A DNA stretch of 9,965 nt from Octopus sinensis. Taxonomy: Eukaryota. The translations under genes were made by a program, and so were the position numbers. The stretch lies in assembly GCF_006345805.1 (NCBI RefSeq), contig NW_021827669.1, positions 1 through 9,965 on the forward strand, given 5' to 3'. This document shows positions 8,513 through 9,965 of the stretch, in pieces. The stretch's first letter is position 1. The number at the start of each line of letters is the position of its first letter. The notes beneath the pieces were generated by a model. It was not told where the DNA came from, ran no database searches, and saw only the letters and a program-made list of their open reading frames with translations.

Positions 8513-8670
8513 CTTTCCCTGACCGGAAAAGGGTCAGAGGTCTCTTCCAAACCCATTAATCTCTCCAGAAAATAACAGAACAAAGTGCAATAATTTTTTT
8601 TCCAGATTCTTCGACTACACACCAACGAAAACTGTGTCATAGAACTTTTTCTCAACTGACCTCCATATCA

Positions 8671-8730
8671 ATATATATATATTTATATATACATACATAT
8701 ATATATATATACATATATATGTATAAACAG

Positions 8731-8761
<31 letters not shown>

Positions 8762-9064
8762 CATATATATATATAAACAGATATATATATACACATACAT
8801 ATATATATATAAACAGATATATATATATATATATATACATACATATATATATATATATACATACATATATATATATATATACATACATATATATATATAT
8901 ATATACATACATATATATATATATACATACATATATATATACATACATATACATACATATATATATATACATACATATATATATACATACATATATATAT
9001 ATACATACATATATATATACATACATATATATATACATACATATATATATATAATATATATACA
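8671..9064. repeat. Compound (TA)n/(TACA)n microsatellite
   Basis: Direct inspection. The variant TATAAACAGATA occurs three times. Confidence 0.95.
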
Positions 9065-9741
9065 TATATAAATTTATATATGAGGATAATATCGATATTT
9101 AAGTGTCGAAATTATTAAGTGGCCAGCATGAAGAAATACCTTACAAGGTAAAAAAATTTTTAACAATTAAAAATGAGGGTCTAAAAGACACCAACATGCC
9201 GAAATAGCAGTCGAAACACTGACTATAGTACCACGTTAAATGTTCATATCGCACCATGAGGTAAAGCGGAGGGACAAAACATACAAGCAAAAATTTTTGA
9301 ATAATTCAAGATCCAAGGATTTCTGGTTCTGCTTTAGATAAGCTTTACCGTCATCATTGAATATTCAAGGGTACATAAATACAGATATATATATGCACAG
9401 CAAACGATATACTTACATATACGAGCGTCGTACATACATACATATGCACGTATGGACACAGCCAGTTTGAATCGCCCGCCAAATCACCGCATAAGTATGA
9501 TATGGTTAAAATAAGCACCGCAGTGAATATAATATAACAAAGAATTATATAAATTGTATATGAGGATAATATCGATATTTAAGTGTCGAAATTATCAAGT
9601 GGCCAGCATGAAAGAAATACCTTACAAAGGTAAAAAAATTTTTAACAATTAAAAATGAGGGTGTCTAAAAGACACCAACATGCCGAAATAGCAGTCGAAA
9701 CACTGACTATAGTACCACGTTAAATGTTCATATCGCACCAT
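9065..9741. repeat. Second ~480-bp repeat family: one full unit plus a ~195-bp partial direct copy
   Basis: TGAGGATAATATCGATATTTAAGTGTCG at 9081 and 9561 (480 apart). Identity continues to ...TATCGCACCAT at 9257 and 9741. Confidence 0.92.
9297..9368 (-). ncRNA. Degenerate type I hammerhead-like motif, position 3 missing
   Basis: UUGAAUAUUCAA-(_)UGAUGA-CGGU..ACCA-GAAA-UCCUUGGA-UC|UUGAAUUAUUCAA. Stem I 12 bp with one bulge. Confidence 0.5.
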
Positions 9742-9965
9742 ACGCTCGTATATGTAAGTATATCGTTTGCTGTGCATATATATATCTGTATTTATGTACC
9801 CTTGATATATTCAATTGATGACGGTAAAGCTTATCTAAAGCAGAACCAGAAATCCTTGGATCTTGAATTATTCAATAATTTTTGCTTGTATGTTTTGTCC
9901 CTCCGCTATTTCGGCATGTTGGTGTCTTTTAGACACCCTCATTTTTAATTGTTAAAAATTTTTTT
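9742..9965. repeat. Inverted copy of the second family, running off the right edge
   Basis: 9742-9907 is the reverse complement of 9265-9428. 9905-9965 is the reverse complement of 9632-9692 (equivalent to 9148-9208). Confidence 0.92.
9802..9875 (+). ncRNA. Degenerate type I hammerhead-like motif, UUGAUGA core
   Basis: AUUCAA-UUGAUGA-CGGUAAAGCUUAUCUAAAGCAGAACCA-GAAA-UCCUUGGA-UC|UUGAAU. Deviations from consensus: C3>U and a C10.1.A11.1 mismatch. Confidence 0.58.

Noticed and set aside
7540-8577. Solo LTR bounded by TGTTA...TAACA
   Set aside because: Flanks (ATAT vs GAAC) give no TSD. The 8512 boundary with an adjacent PPT-like run fits slightly better, and even that is weak.
7542-8655. ORFs of 66-83 aa within the putative LTR, and 9724-9948
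   Set aside because: Short, low-complexity, no domain motifs. The length expected by chance.
9259-9280. GTAAAGCGGAGGG resembling the 3' strand of a twister ribozyme
   Set aside because: No matching UAA-CGCU-GC 5' strand or P4/pseudoknot partner found in the unit.

Overview
Eukaryotic, repeat-saturated window with no intact gene. The AT-rich, (TA)n/(TACA)n-dominated composition resembles an invertebrate genome such as octopus or another mollusc (inference only). In order: (i) a Helitron-derived piece with a PIF1-helicase fragment running off the left edge; (ii) two decayed CR1-like LINE ORF2 copies in opposite orientation around a TA microsatellite; (iii) a long TA/TACA microsatellite; (iv) a non-coding ~481-bp tandem array (about 4.8 units, 5151-7445) in which every unit carries, on the minus strand, a type I hammerhead ribozyme fold (CUGA[C/U]GA...GAAA...NUA, 8-bp stem I, 68-nt stem II domain, near-palindromic stem III), i.e. 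a candidate non-LTR retrozyme or Penelope pLTR-type array; (v) a possible LTR; (vi) a second, unrelated ~480-bp repeat family (9065-9965) in tandem-plus-inverted arrangement carrying a degenerate hammerhead-like motif. All RNA structures were paired by eye and none were tested computationally.
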